Shown: in pieces, positions 49,599-62,219 of the stretch | Layout: each line of letters begins with the position of its first letter | Numbering within the stretch: position 1 is the first letter of the stretch | Assembly (NCBI GenBank): GCA_044892505.1 | Contig: CM097883.1 | Span: 410,006,001-410,070,000 of the forward strand | Direction of reading: 5' to 3' | Length of the DNA stretch: 64,000 nucleotides | Source of the DNA: Schmidtea nova | Taxonomy: Eukaryota | Translations under genes and position numbers: made by a program | The notes under the pieces: model-generated | What the model was told of the DNA's origin: nothing | Databases searched by the model: none | The model's input: only the letters and a program-made list of their open reading frames with translations

Positions 49599-50332
49599 GT
49601 TTATCGAACAACTTTAGATACTGACTAAAATCAATTTTTAAGGATGGAAAAATATGGAAAATTTTTAGATGCTTTTGAAGAGAATATCAAAATGATTTAT
49701 AATATTTCAAATAGCTCTAAACAGTATAAACAGTAAAAATTAAAGTATTTAATAATTTACTTAATTTAAAATGTACAAGTGCCCGAAATTTGTTGATTTT
49801 AAATATTCAGTTTTTTTCTAAGGATGAATAATATATTATTTTATCTGAGTTTCTTCAAAAGCATCAAATTAATAAAGATATATAATAGAAAATTTCAAAT
49901 TATGATTAATTTAAATTAGATTAAAAACTTATTAATTAAATTTTAATTAAATCTAATATATATGAAACCTGTACCAATAATTCCAATTTCTAATCAAGTT
50001 ATGATTTATGATCTGTTTTGAGTAAAATGTTGAAAATAAAACATTCTATTTCTCGCATTTTATTACCGTAGGAGTTTTAATTTAGAGTAAATAAATTTCA
50101 TATCATAATATTGTGCTCTTTGTATAATCAATTATGCAAACTATTAATCTTATTTAAACAAAGTCTAATCCTTATATTTTTTTAAGGAAAGCTAAATCAA
50201 ATTCATTGAATTCAGTTTTAAATGAAAATTTTTCGATTAAGCAATTTAAAACTTTTCTATTAAATAAAATAGAAAATTTATACTATTTATTATTAACAAG
50301 TAAAGCTTTGTGATACCCATTGCCAATTCACA

Positions 50333-50374
50333 ATAGCAGACTAGTTCCGAGCTTTTGGCTCTCATCAAAGCTAT
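50333..50374 (-). ncRNA. Decayed PLE-type hammerhead ribozyme
   Basis: Minus strand reads ATAGCT-TTGATGA-GAGCCAAAAGCTC-GGAA-CTAG-TC-TGCTAT, three substitutions from a canonical minimal hammerhead with palindromic ACTAGT stem III. Possible GIY-YIG remnant upstream (50400-50600). Confidence 0.6.
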
Positions 50375-53300
50375 GCAGGAGACACGAAAATTTCTCTCCG
50401 CGCCAAGTAAGTATAAAACAAAGTCGAAAGATCTTTGTTAAATACTATTCCTGTTACATTGGATATCACATCACTTGAATATGCAAGGTCATACAGATAA
50501 TCTGTAACTTGCAAACATGGCATATGAATTTCATTTTCACCTCTGCGCATTAAAAGTGTTCAACAGAAACGGTTTGCAAGTGCACATGACTGTCTTAGCT
50601 TTATTATTTCAAGTTTATTGATTAAAGAAAGATTTACGGATTACAACGATCCAATTAATTACAAGGGTTTCTTTCTATTGGTCCTTTTTACAAATTGGTG
50701 CTTGTTATGTTATTGTTAAATTTTATGCCGTACTTGTTATAATTGTATGCGAAAAGAGTTTTATGTTGAGATTTTTGTCTACGGTCCTTAATGGGTTAAA
50801 TTTCAGTAATATTAAAGGACCGATAAATATGAGTTTTTCATCGGTATTTTTATTAATTTTGTGTACAAAAAATAAGTTTATATAATTAAACAATTCTCTA
50901 TATTAATATTAAAATAAAAATTTGTATCAAATTTTATAAAAACTTTTTATATTTATAATAGTTTAAATATAATTATTATTAAATATTTATTATAATAATA
51001 TTTTAACAATAACATTAATACCCTTACATATGTTAATTTTAATGCAGAATAATAGTTTAGTTGAAGGCAACTATAAAAATTTCATTAAAAAACAGTAAAG
51101 AAAAGTTCACGAATTACAAAATTAAAAATATATACATAATAAAAGTTCACATAAAAGTTCACTGGTTATAAAGTAAAAGTTTGGAGGGAACCTCTAGCGT
51201 TGTCGAATCTAAGATTATAACTGGCGTTCAATTTTTAGGACCCGTTATTTTTATTCAAATAAAAAACTTTTGAGTTTCTTTAGTATCTTTGCCATATCAA
51301 ACCTTTTAAACTGAAATAAGGTAAAATGTTTGATACAAGTCACATCATTAGATAGTCAACACTTCCCTTGTGGGGTTTGTAAAATCTGGTATTGTACGTG
51401 AATTATATTCGGAAAATATAGTAATTAATTTGGTTTTATTGTAACAGAAAATAAATATTTTCATTTTGTTAGACTACGGATAGATTTCCTTTAAAAAAGA
51501 TAGACGAATTGTGGACACATAATTTTTCAAGTACACTCTTGAAAAAAGATGTATCAAAAATTTGTGTACCTTTTTTAAATAAAATATTTTACCTGTAGCC
51601 TTTAAAAAAATTCTGAAATATAAACAAAAAGATCAGAGAAGAGAAAAATATATAATAATGATAGCCAAAATAGTCTGAATTTAAGATTTTTATATAAAGG
51701 AGGGTTTTAAACATTTGTTTGTATATTGTTTTTAAACTGATATAAAAGCATTTAAATAGAGCAAAAGATGTAATTGAATGTCTAAATTATGCGTGGAAAA
51801 CATGCGACCTTCTTTAACAATTCAAAATTTCGAATATGATAGAAGTAATTTTGAATTTTTCAGACAGTTGGCTTTATAAAAGATTAAAATGAAGTAAAAC
51901 GAAGTAAAACGAGTTTAAAAATACTTAAAAGCCTCTCAAGGAACAAAACATATCAGATAAAGGATATAACCTGGAAGACCAACTTAGGTTACGTATCTCT
52001 AAATTAAAACAAAATATCAAAATGCTTTCTTTTAAAAGGAAAACTCATAGTAGCCATTGATTCGAAAAAGTTTATATTTATATTTTTAATTCATTATTTT
52101 ATAATTATGTTCTTTTGGATTAAAATAAATCACATACAAATTATTAACCAGAAACCGCTACAAGTCTTTTGAGGTTGTAAGCGTTTTAGGTGCAACCATT
52201 TTCTTTGAATGAAAAGAAATGCAAATTTAAGATTTTATATGAAAGTCCAAATTCTAGAATCCTCTTTCTAAAACAGGAAAGTTTACGGTTGTTAGAAGCA
52301 ATTAAATTCAAATCTCCTTTCATAATCATTTATTTTAATTAACACAAGAATTTAAAATTTCCCCAAAATCAAGTTCTGAATATTTAAACACTGAGTCATT
52401 TGTAATTCTAATATTAATGAGGATATTGGCCACATATATTTAAAATTAATATACAATATATAAAATTTTAATCGTTAAATTAATTAATTAAATTATTTTT
52501 AATTTAAAAGGAGTTTTGAAACTCCTTACAACGGTAAAAGGAAATTTTATTCACGTTGATAGATTTAAACAAACTTTAAAAGACTTGAACATTCAAGTAA
52601 CTTTTTTTTAATTTTTAAATGTTTCATGGCTTTAATTTACGTTCTAATTTTGAAGTAACTGAAGGGACCTTATTGATCAAAGGAACGCAATAGCAAGGAT
52701 ATTAGAAATATAGGTACTTTGTCAAGATAAAAATTCACCAAATTCAAATAATTCTCCTAGCGACACGTTGAGTGTGGTCGAATTCTGTACTTAGCGCTTG
52801 ATTTGCAAATTTTGAATTCTGATTATGTAAATGCTTCGTTGACCCCACCTAGTTTAACATCTAAGTTTTGAACCAAGGTAATGATACGAATACTGATTTT
52901 AGTTTTTACCACACTATTATGCAATCACTTCAGCGCTAGGAGCATGCCGAAACTCATATGTGCTTTTAAATCAGTTTAACTCAAATTTAATAAATATTTT
53001 CAATTACTCAAGATAGAATATATTAAGACATCCATGAAGTCAACGAAAAATAACTATCTCGACTTGAAAGCGAAATAGCAGGCCATCAACACAGACTCGT
53101 TGAATAAGGAAGAATGATAATATTGGGAATTCCTTACCAACTTTGTTAGGGAAAAGAAGTTGACCTAAAATACGTATACAATCCACGTAATGGAATGCTT
53201 GAATTATAATCAACAGTACTCCTCAATTGAAAGTAAGACCAGGGTAAGATATTGTTATGACTAGTGAAGGGCAATATGGATTGGAATTTGGTAAAACTAG

Positions 53301-54332
53301 AGGACCTAATATATTTCGCAAGCACGTTAGTGTCCGAATACCAAATATACAATGGCTTCTACTTCGGTTCAGAAAGTAATTTAATTTATGTTGCAGTACA
53401 ACCAGAACCCCCTACCACCCTATGATCCATGTGATTCGATTTGGACACAAGCAAGATAATATGATAGTGACAAAAGGTAGAGATGATTTCGTGTTTGCTA
53501 CGAATGATAAAGCGCACTATAGTAAGTTATAATAAAAATGCAGTAAAATGTATTGATCTTTGCTTTGGTAAATGATTGTTTTGACTCTGTTATACTCTTC
53601 ATAGGTATTTCCCTTTAGCAGAGAATTTTCATCTGTAATAGGAACTTTGCAGAATTAGTCTTAACAGTCTCCTACATTATTGTTTTATCAGTCTTACATA
53701 GGACAAGTGTCTTGATAAAATAAGAAATACACCAGAGTTAACTTAAGGAAGGGTAGGAAGCAGAAATGAGTTAACTCATCACTTTAATTGAAACCTGGAC
53801 CAGAAGTCAGTGATCCAAAAATTGAATTTTATATATTATACTTTTGTGTAAAATATTAAAGATTTTGTTCACCAACACAATTTGAACACTCAATTAATTT
53901 TATTCATGAAGCATTTATCACTTTAGTTTCAAAAATAGACCAAATTATCTTCGCATATCCTATAAATTGATATAATCAGTAGTATGGCACATTGATAAAG
54001 GTTGTGTCGAAATATCGTGTAACTAACAACCAAAAAAAATTGATTAATTATTTTACAAAAATTAATATGAAAATTATTGGATTAAAAATGAGAAATAATT
54101 TTAGATTTTTTATTGCTAAAATAAAATCTTTAATGTAATAATTCGACTTATAAAACTATGTCTATTTATCAAATATCATGTCTAACGTAAGATTTATTTT
54201 ACACCTTTATTTCTAATATTTCTGCTATAATTTATTTGTTTAAATAATAATGTAAATTTTAAAAAGTATGTGCTTCAATAATATTATTAAATTTCAGTAA
54301 TCGATATTTTGTTGATTTATGATTAATTTCAG

Positions 54333-55310
54333 ATGCCTTTAGATGGAAATCATGTTGTTAAAATTGGGGACAGCTTTAAAAAGAAGGCTAAAAGCAATTT
54401 TGTTACTTTTCAATATGATTTCATTCCAGATTCTGTTGAAAAAGATCAACCCGGCGAGGTTACAGTTGAAAGTGACAACTCCATTTCAGTTAATTTAGCA
54501 AATAAATCAGGATCCTATACTCAGTATAAAGGAACTTTCAAAGATTCTTTAAAGGATTGTGTTTTACTTGTAAATAAAAAAGTAATTTTCAAATTTAAAT
54601 AAATTAGATAACCTGTTTCCATAATGTATTCTCAAGACAGGTGAAATGACATTAGAAAAGTTAGATTATATAGTTAATTTGAAAAATACAAGAACACCCG
54701 TAAGTCGAACAAAAAAGAAATCATCGAGTGTTGAAAATTCATCAGATTCCTCCGGCGATGAGTCAGTAAAGGCAAAGGTTAATAAAAACACCCATTCTAC
54801 CTCTAATATCGTAATATATTGGAATTTCTGAAATTAATACCTTTTCTTAGTGTGATACTCAATTGAATCTCAGTGATGATTTATTTGGAGATCTTGATTC
54901 AGATGATGTAATTTATAACCGGAACCTTATAAATAATTATTTACATAAATTCATTTTATCAGGATAATAATACTAAACATAATCAACCATCACCAAAAAA
55001 GAAAACTAACAACAACATAGATTTATTTGATTTCCCTCAATCTTCTGTTGTCAGTGGTAACAATAAGCAGCAACCAGTGGAAACAAATCAACATGATTTG
55101 TTATTTGGCTCATCCAATAAAACGAATAAAAATAAGCCAGTGGAAATTGACCCATCATTATACGATGAGCTCGATTTTACTGACAGCGATTCGGATATGA
55201 AAGATGTCGAAGAAGAAATCAACGAAGAGAAAATCAATGTTGTCAAAGACGATTTAGCGCTCTCGGATAGTAGTGATAGTGCCAGTAGCAGTAGTGGCGA
55301 TTCTGATTGA
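54333..55310 (+). CDS. Eaf: ELL-associated factor (EAF1/EAF2 family), paralog 2; exons 54333-54581, 54637-54810, 54851-54907, 54963-55310
   Basis: Exons 1-3 have the same lengths as in paralog 1 (249, 174, 57 nt). GT-AG introns of 55, 40 and 55 nt. Open frame after splicing. Confidence 0.9.
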
Positions 55311-55499
55311 GTTGACAATAAAACGTTAACGAATTTTATTAAAATATAGTCGTTATTTTCAAATTCACTTGAGTTATCACAATTTGTATAGAATGCTTAC
55401 TTTATCAGTCAGATGTTAAATTAATATTTAATTGCCTAAGATTTACAAATATAAACAGACAATTGATCAGGGATTCACGGTAAAAGAAATGTAACATTC

Positions 55500-55931
55500 T
55501 GGCATCACACTGTTTCGCACTTTGAATACTTTTCTCGTTTTTTCTTTAACCCACAGTGTTTCTGTGTAATCATTCGTTTTCGTTCGTTTGTCTTTAGCCT
55601 CGTCACATTGGACCTATACGCTTCCTGCAATCCTGGGACGAGAACAGACCATGAATATAAAGTTATTTGGTGGATTTGATTTCGCTAGTCATCGGTTATG
55701 AACTTTAAGTTTATTGCCCTTTGGCAGTATAGGATTTCCACTTTCAAGACTTCGTTCTCTAGTTCTAAGTCACGAAGGGCTTGTTGTACGCACGAGAGTT
55801 TATCAGTCGTCTTTCATTGCCTGTGGAGTGAAATAGCAGCTTTATAATTCTATTATTCGTCTCTTGAGATGTCTTACTAACTATTTTGCTGTTACGTTCT
55901 CTGTTGCTTGACAACTCTTATTTGTTGTCAT
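55500..55931 (-). pseudogene. Unknown cassette, copy D: decayed coiled-coil ORF
   Basis: MTTNK...CYFTPQAMK / VQQALRDLELENEVLKVEILYCQRAIT / FITDD*RNQIHQ aligns with 31206 and 24513. Confidence 0.55.
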
Positions 55932-56336
55932 TCTGAATATTAATTAGATTTTTTTAGAGCCTGATTTGACCAAAACTATTCTCCAACCATTTGAAATTTG
56001 TAACACCCTTTCCTTATGCCAACGTTCTTTGGAGGTATGCGCACGTTACTCTTTAATTTTTTAACCAAACTACCCCGATTTACTAATTAACTAAATCTCC
56101 CTTATCATCATCAAACCCGATTACTACTTCTATTTAGTTTACCTTTTCCCTTTATACTGATTCGCTGGCTATACCAATTTTGGTGTACAGTTAGTTTTCA
56201 TGATGTATTTTCCTATTGCTCAAAAATTTCAAACTAATTACTATAAAACAAATAAAAGAATACAGTAGCAAAATTAAGTTAGGTTGAATACTTTATATTA
56301 TACTAAATATCCATAAAATATGTTCACCACACATAG

Positions 56337-56891
56337 TTACAAGGTTAGTGCACAATTGCCAGCTTCTGATAGTGAACTCACCGGGAGGGACTGAAGGGAG
56401 AATCGGATCATCTTGATAAACTCACATGAGGGAATAATTCCCGTGTATCTCAAAAATGTTTGACCTTGAATATCGCTGGGTGTTTCAACGAAATATTTTG
56501 GACAGTCCAGTAGGTATTCAAAATCGACATCAATGGGCCACGCCTGGCTTACATGCCAAATTACCTCATCCGGACTGTTTATGAACATACTAAATGTAGA
56601 AACCTTTCCCTTCATTGCATAGACCGCATTATTATTTCAAGTCGACTCCTTTCTTTCAACTCCTACTAGGGTATCATTTTTAAAAAAAATGTTCTAGAAA
56701 ATGAAAATAATGTAAATGATTTCTCTGGCTATATCTGTTGGAATCTGCTTGATTGGTATCGCCAGGACCAGATAGTTATCATATACTATCTGTCCTGATT
56801 CCTTTACCGCATTATTATTTCAAGTCGACTCCTTTCCTTCAACTCTTCCTAGGGTATCATTTTTAAAATAAAACGTTCTAGAAAATGAAAA
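56337..56891 (-). pseudogene. Unknown cassette, copy D: F-box-like + W-x5-WP ORF, interrupted by an ~85-bp local duplication
   Basis: IVYDNYLVLAIPIKQIPTDIAREII / VYAMKGKVSTFSM..VIWHVSQAWPIDVDF..KYFVE. Direct repeats at ~56623-56707 and ~56806-56891. Confidence 0.65.
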
Positions 56892-57277
56892 TTACGTAGG
56901 TAATTTAAATTGTACAATTTTAACAATGTTTTAACTCATATTTAAATTAGTTGGTGATACCCAAAACGGGAATTACTTGTCCTTTCATGAAATTTGACAG
57001 GAAATGGCGGTTTCCTGTTTAAAGTTATTTCTCCCCCGTGGTACCTCACATTTACAGCGCTTTTTACGCGGTTCAATTTTTTTCTTATTTCTTTGATTTA
57101 CGAGCAAGTATCCAGGGATTGGCAATGTATTTCTAGACTAACTAGCATTAGTTACACTACAAACGTTGCTTGCAATGAGTAACTACTCGTTAAACAACAG
57201 TTATATTGTTACCATAGAATTAGATCCTGTTATGGCAACAACACCGACAAGGGCTGTTATAGCCCAAGTCATGCTAT

Positions 57278-58083
57278 TGTTGGATTATTAAGGTGTAGTC
57301 AGTAAAATCTGACTCCTGTGTTCTCTTTCAATCACGAAAATAAGTGAAACCTAACCCAACACATTAACTTTTTATTTTCAAATGAACAACACCTTTAATC
57401 ACAGAAAGTTACTAATGTTCTGCACTCTTCTGCGTGAGGGTAGAACAGCCAATGGGATATCTCCCTCTCTGGTACGCAAGAAGATTAATTCAAATTCTAC
57501 CTTTGGTTTTCTCTTAACCTTTCCTTCAAATAGCTTCTACTAGTTTGTAAAATTCTCTTTATTATTAAAATTTATCTTCTACCACTTTGGCGATATCGGC
57601 AATTTGTTGTCATCCCGTCGGCCTAATTGGATCAGTCGAGAAATAAAATAATTAAATTTGTTTGATCGCCGCCTTATTGAGTTTCGCTGCTAATGGGTTT
57701 TCGGCTCTTCTCCGGACATCCTTGCTCATTCAATTTATTTCGATAATTAAATGATTTTGGTGATACTCCGGGTTTCCCATTAGATCGGGTTTCACATTGG
57801 CTCGGGTTTCCCATTAATTATTTTTAATTAATTTGTATTTTCTTAATTTATCTTTCTGTGGGTCCTTTTTCAATTTTATATACCCATATTTGAATTCGTC
57901 TCATCATTTGGCATTCTCCCATACCAGTTTCCCCGGTTGCATATTTATTTTTGAATTTTATAAATTTTTAATTAATATTTGTACTTCAATTATTATTTAT
58001 CCGATTTTATTATTTGTATCGATTTGCACATAGTTTTTGTGCTTTTTAATTTTTATTTCAAGCCTGTTCAGCCAACCCTAACA
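57278..58083 (-). mobile_element. Solo LTR, same family as 10498-11340
   Basis: CTAT|TGTTGG...CTAACA|CTAT 4-bp TSD. Shared blocks CTCGGGTTTCCCATTA, CCATATTTGAA(A/T)TCGTCTCATCA and TCTGGTACGCA. Confidence 0.8.
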
Positions 58084-58631
58084 CTATGTACACGTCTCAG
58101 ACAATCTCTATTGAATATATTGATTTATGTAGTCTGAAAGAATGAAAATAAATGAAATAATATTAGATTAATCAATAATCTATTCATATTGAATTAATTA
58201 AAATATTTACTATAGCTCTATGCATATTATTGCAAAATGTAAAGAAAAAACGTTAGCTATGTAAATATATGTGAAATTTTATTGCTTTTTAGACTTGTAG
58301 AAATCTAAAAATAAAAAATTTATAGTAAGAAACTATTTTATGAAATCTAAAACAAAAATATAAGAATATTGCAGAAAAAAACTTACAAATTTTATAACAG
58401 TAAAATAAGCGGCAATGAAAATCTTAAAATTATATGCTAAAAACAAAAACACGATTTTAAAAGACTTATTTTATTTTGTTAAGCTTCTTCGCCTTTCATT
58501 TTTTTGATTTCGTGTACTTTTTACAAGTTTTTAAATGCTAGTGCTGAAAATTTGTGTTAATTAGGAGAAAATGTTTTTCAACTCATGTTTGATAAAAATA
58601 TGATATCGCAAATGGACTTGTTAATTTTGTA

Positions 58632-58938
58632 CAACTGCCCGCGGGCCGCACGTGGTCCATTTCATTTTATTTTGCGGCCCGTTGAGGCTTTTTTTGCCTT
58701 ACAATAACAGTTTTTTGAAACGATTTCAAAAAAGATTTCAACAAAGTTCTAATTATTTTATGAATTTTAGAGTCTTATTTTAATAAAAAAATAGATAAAA
58801 TTTAAAATTTAAAATGATCAATTTTTTAATAAAAAATAAAAAATTTATGCTCTTTTTTCGATGTTTTTTTAAACGTTGCCCGCGCGAAATTTTTTTGTTT
58901 GTATGTGGCCCGCCGTTTAAAAAGGTTGCTCATCCCTG
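58632..58938. mobile_element. Degenerate hAT MITE
   Basis: GCCCGCGGGCCGCA and GCGGCCCG subterminal motifs; right end GGTTGCTCATCCCTG; left TIR eroded. Confidence 0.65.
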
Positions 58939-59974
58939 CATTAAATTGAAAAGTATCAACATATTATTTTTTCTACATTTTACTAATCTGCCTTAGTGTT
59001 ATAAACATTTGGTCAACCATAATTATGTAATTTTTATTTAACACAATTTTCAATAATTGCAACAGATTGATACTTACATAAAAAAATATTTTTTTTCGGA
59101 TATTATTTTTATTCCTTTACCCCGACGTGCTTTTAATTATACATTTTCTGGAGATTATTCTCAATCTCGACGAGTTTTCCTAATATGCTTTACCTAAACA
59201 GGATAATAGTTATATTCAGTTGAAAAAAAATTATGAAAATAACCTCATGTGAAAAAATGTTAAATATAAATATAATATTTTTTTTCAGTTGTTCATTTGA
59301 TAATAAAATAAAGAGCACTCCGCTGCTAAAATTTGTCAAACATAAATGAGAGGGGTCAAATATTAAAAGGTAAAGTAATCATTTTTAAAATTTTTTGCAA
59401 TGCATTCAATTTTATTTTTAAAAAATAAAAAAATATAGTTTTGTACTTGCATTGATAAAATCTTATGCCTCATTTTTGAAAACAAAAGAAATTGTATGTT
59501 TTAGAGCATAGGCTGAACAAAGTGCATCCAGTTTCCTTTCTTGTGCAGCCATTACCATTGTGATTAAAATATAAAACAAAATATTTTGTTACATTTTATT
59601 TTCAGAAAATAAAAATTGATTTTCTATTTAACTTAAATTGTCATGAAAAACGACAATATAAGCACATCGTCAACACACAAGCATCGAAAATAATAAAATT
59701 AATATCTCTTTCTGAAAATAATATGCTTGTAATTACGGGGTTATGCATTTTTACATACTCATTTATGTATTTTTATATACCCATATATGCATTTTTATAT
59801 ACCCATATTTTTTATTTATATCTAATATTTATATGTAATTATGTTCAATATAGTGGTCCAATTGAACCCTTGGTTAAATATAATCTGAAAAGATTGCAAT
59901 ACAGGTAAAATTGCGTCCAGGTAAAATGGACGTAAAAACTTTACATTTAAACGAATTTGAATTTGTTTTTTTTG

Positions 59975-60702
59975 AGTCAGTACAAAAAAGAACAAATTGC
60001 AAAATAATAAAAGTGCAAAAATTAATTAAAATTAATCAAAAATTAAAATTTAATATTCGTCGGGGGAAATGGGTATGGTTGAACGTCAATCAAAAGACAA
60101 ATACAAAAATAATAACAAAAATTTATTAAGGGGCCCCAGAGAAAGTTATAATGAAAAAAACAAATTAATTAAAATTAATTAATCGCTTAATGGGAAGCCC
60201 GAACGATGAGGAAAGCCAGGAGCACAAGAAGTTCCTGAGAAATCAAAGGAGGGTGATTGTGCAAAACAATTAAAGATAAAACCCACCCGGGAGATAGTGA
60301 GGAATGGACAATTTAATTTGTTATTGTCCCAATTAGACCCAAAGATTTGCACATTTCTAGATAATTATTTTCTTGATAATAGTATAAAAAGAGAGCAGAA
60401 AAGAAACGAGTCACCAGTCGACCAAAAGAGTTTTAATAAACCTTATTCAAATAAAACGTACCAAAAAAGGCGATTATGCCTTGAGTTGTCTACCTTAACG
60501 TTGATCAAATTAATTAACAAAAGAAAGTGCAAATTGTTGGAAATATTGTAAATTGTATCGATTGAAATTAAAGAGAAATTGTAATTGCCGTGACAATCAA
60601 ATAAAAATATCCTGTGTTGGATTTTATTGATTTTCGATAAATAAAAGTACACGAGGAGTTAGATTTTGAACCAAACTAATGTTTAAATAAAATAACCCAA
60701 CA
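59975..60702 (+). mobile_element. 5'-eroded third LTR of the same family, opposite orientation
   Basis: GGCCCCAGAGAAAG...TTAATGGGAAGCCCGA matches the reverse complement of 57.8 kb; ends CCCAACA at 60702. Confidence 0.65.
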
Positions 60703-61209
60703 AATTGAATTTTTTTTTAAATAAAAGCAAATTTTTTAAAAGAACAAACTCATTTCCCCAGCTGCTAATAACCACCATAGATAAAAGCCCGTTGGTTCGT
60801 GTATTGCATTGGATTAAAAGTTTTTTGCGGCCAGCATTTTTGTAATTGTCAATTTCTGGCCAAGCATTCTCTGATCTTCGGGCACCCCTGCTTTAGAGAG
60901 TTTCAACATATTTCAAAATTTAAGGTTTTTCTGAATGTGTTCCTGAATTTCATTAACGTATTTTCTAAGTATTTTTCACGTACATTAATTGTACCAGCCA
61001 TTTATCTAACAAATTGAAGAATTAACTCTTGGAATGAAAGGCTGGAATACTCTATAATTAACAAGAACTGAGCTTATACAAGCCAATATTTAATTGTAAT
61101 AAACAAGCCTAAATTATGTCAAATAGTACCATTCATCCCACAATGACAACTTTTACAAATCTATTATATCAAAATGCAAGTTTTTGTGTGTTTTTTTAAT
61201 ACAATTTAA

Positions 61210-61570
61210 TAATAAAATCAACAAACATACATGAATCCATAATACATATATTAATTTACTCCCTGTACCAAAACCAGCTACTGTATTCGCACTACACTGA
61301 AGAGCATTTACGAAATAGTATTTTGCATATTTTCACTGTGGCGGGTTGTTGACTGTCAATATGACCTTGACGTTGCTGTGGCTCACATCAACAACTCAAC
61401 ATACAAAACATTAGATTAACCATCTTGTTTGCCCGTCACAATGTAACGTTGGTAATGCAACAAATGGGTGGGTATTCGCAATCAGTGAGCATCGAAAAAT
61501 TCGAAACTATGATTGACCGAATATCTCCTGGGGCCAAGGGCTACCGATAGAACGTTTGATGCCCAAAAAC
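61210..61570 (-). pseudogene. Unknown cassette, possible copy E (distant W-P / RWLI similarity)
   Basis: IGSPWPQ...CDGQTRWLI*...ILTVNNP versus VPHWPL...ENGTPRWLIHF...ILLNKP; several stops. Confidence 0.35.
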
Positions 61571-61828
61571 ACTAACCAAACATTAAATCTTGCTAGTATT
61601 GCATTAAAAATAAAAAAAACTTTAATTTTTAGTTTACAAACAATAATTTTATTTCCAAATTTGGTTTTTTCCTTACTTTTATATAATTTTTTTTCTTGTT
61701 TGAATTACTGATAATATTTCATTTGTTTAAAACTCTATTTAACCTTCAACAAGTTTGAACGCTGCTCACTTTTTCTAAGCATTTGATTGGAAAATGCATG
61801 CGAACTTATTGTTCTAATTCATTAAATC

Positions 61829-62188
61829 TTGCTCCAATTTTCTATAAAAGCCTATTTATTGACAAAACAAGTTGATTTGTTAATTAAAAATGGTAAACTG
61901 GAATTAATTACTTCCATAGTATCTAAATTCGAAAACTTGGATCAATGGTTCCAATCATTCTCACAATACAATGTCAATCCTAAATTGTTAATTGAGTTCC
62001 TTAATTCCAAAGAAATAACTGAACAGATAAAAATTTACGGTCTTCCTACAAAGCGTCAGCTATTGATTTCTATTGGAATAGAATTGAATAAATTGCTTAA
62101 AATATATGCTAATATCCTCTTAATCGAATACGGAAATTTAGAAAGCATAATTTTACTTCTTAAAATTATATGCCACCTAAGAATATAA
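61829..62188 (+). CDS. Unknown 119-aa helical ORF upstream of the GT-rich tract
   Basis: Open frame only (TTG start); no recognised motif. Confidence 0.25.
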   Translation: MLQFSIKAYLLTKQVDLLIKNGKLELITSIVSKFENLDQWFQSFSQYNVNPKLLIEFLNSKEITEQIKIYGLPTKRQLLISIGIELNKLLKIYANILLIEYGNLESIILLLKIICHLRI

Positions 62189-62219
62189 AAGATCCTGAAA
62201 TTTTGTTTGTAAATTTTGT

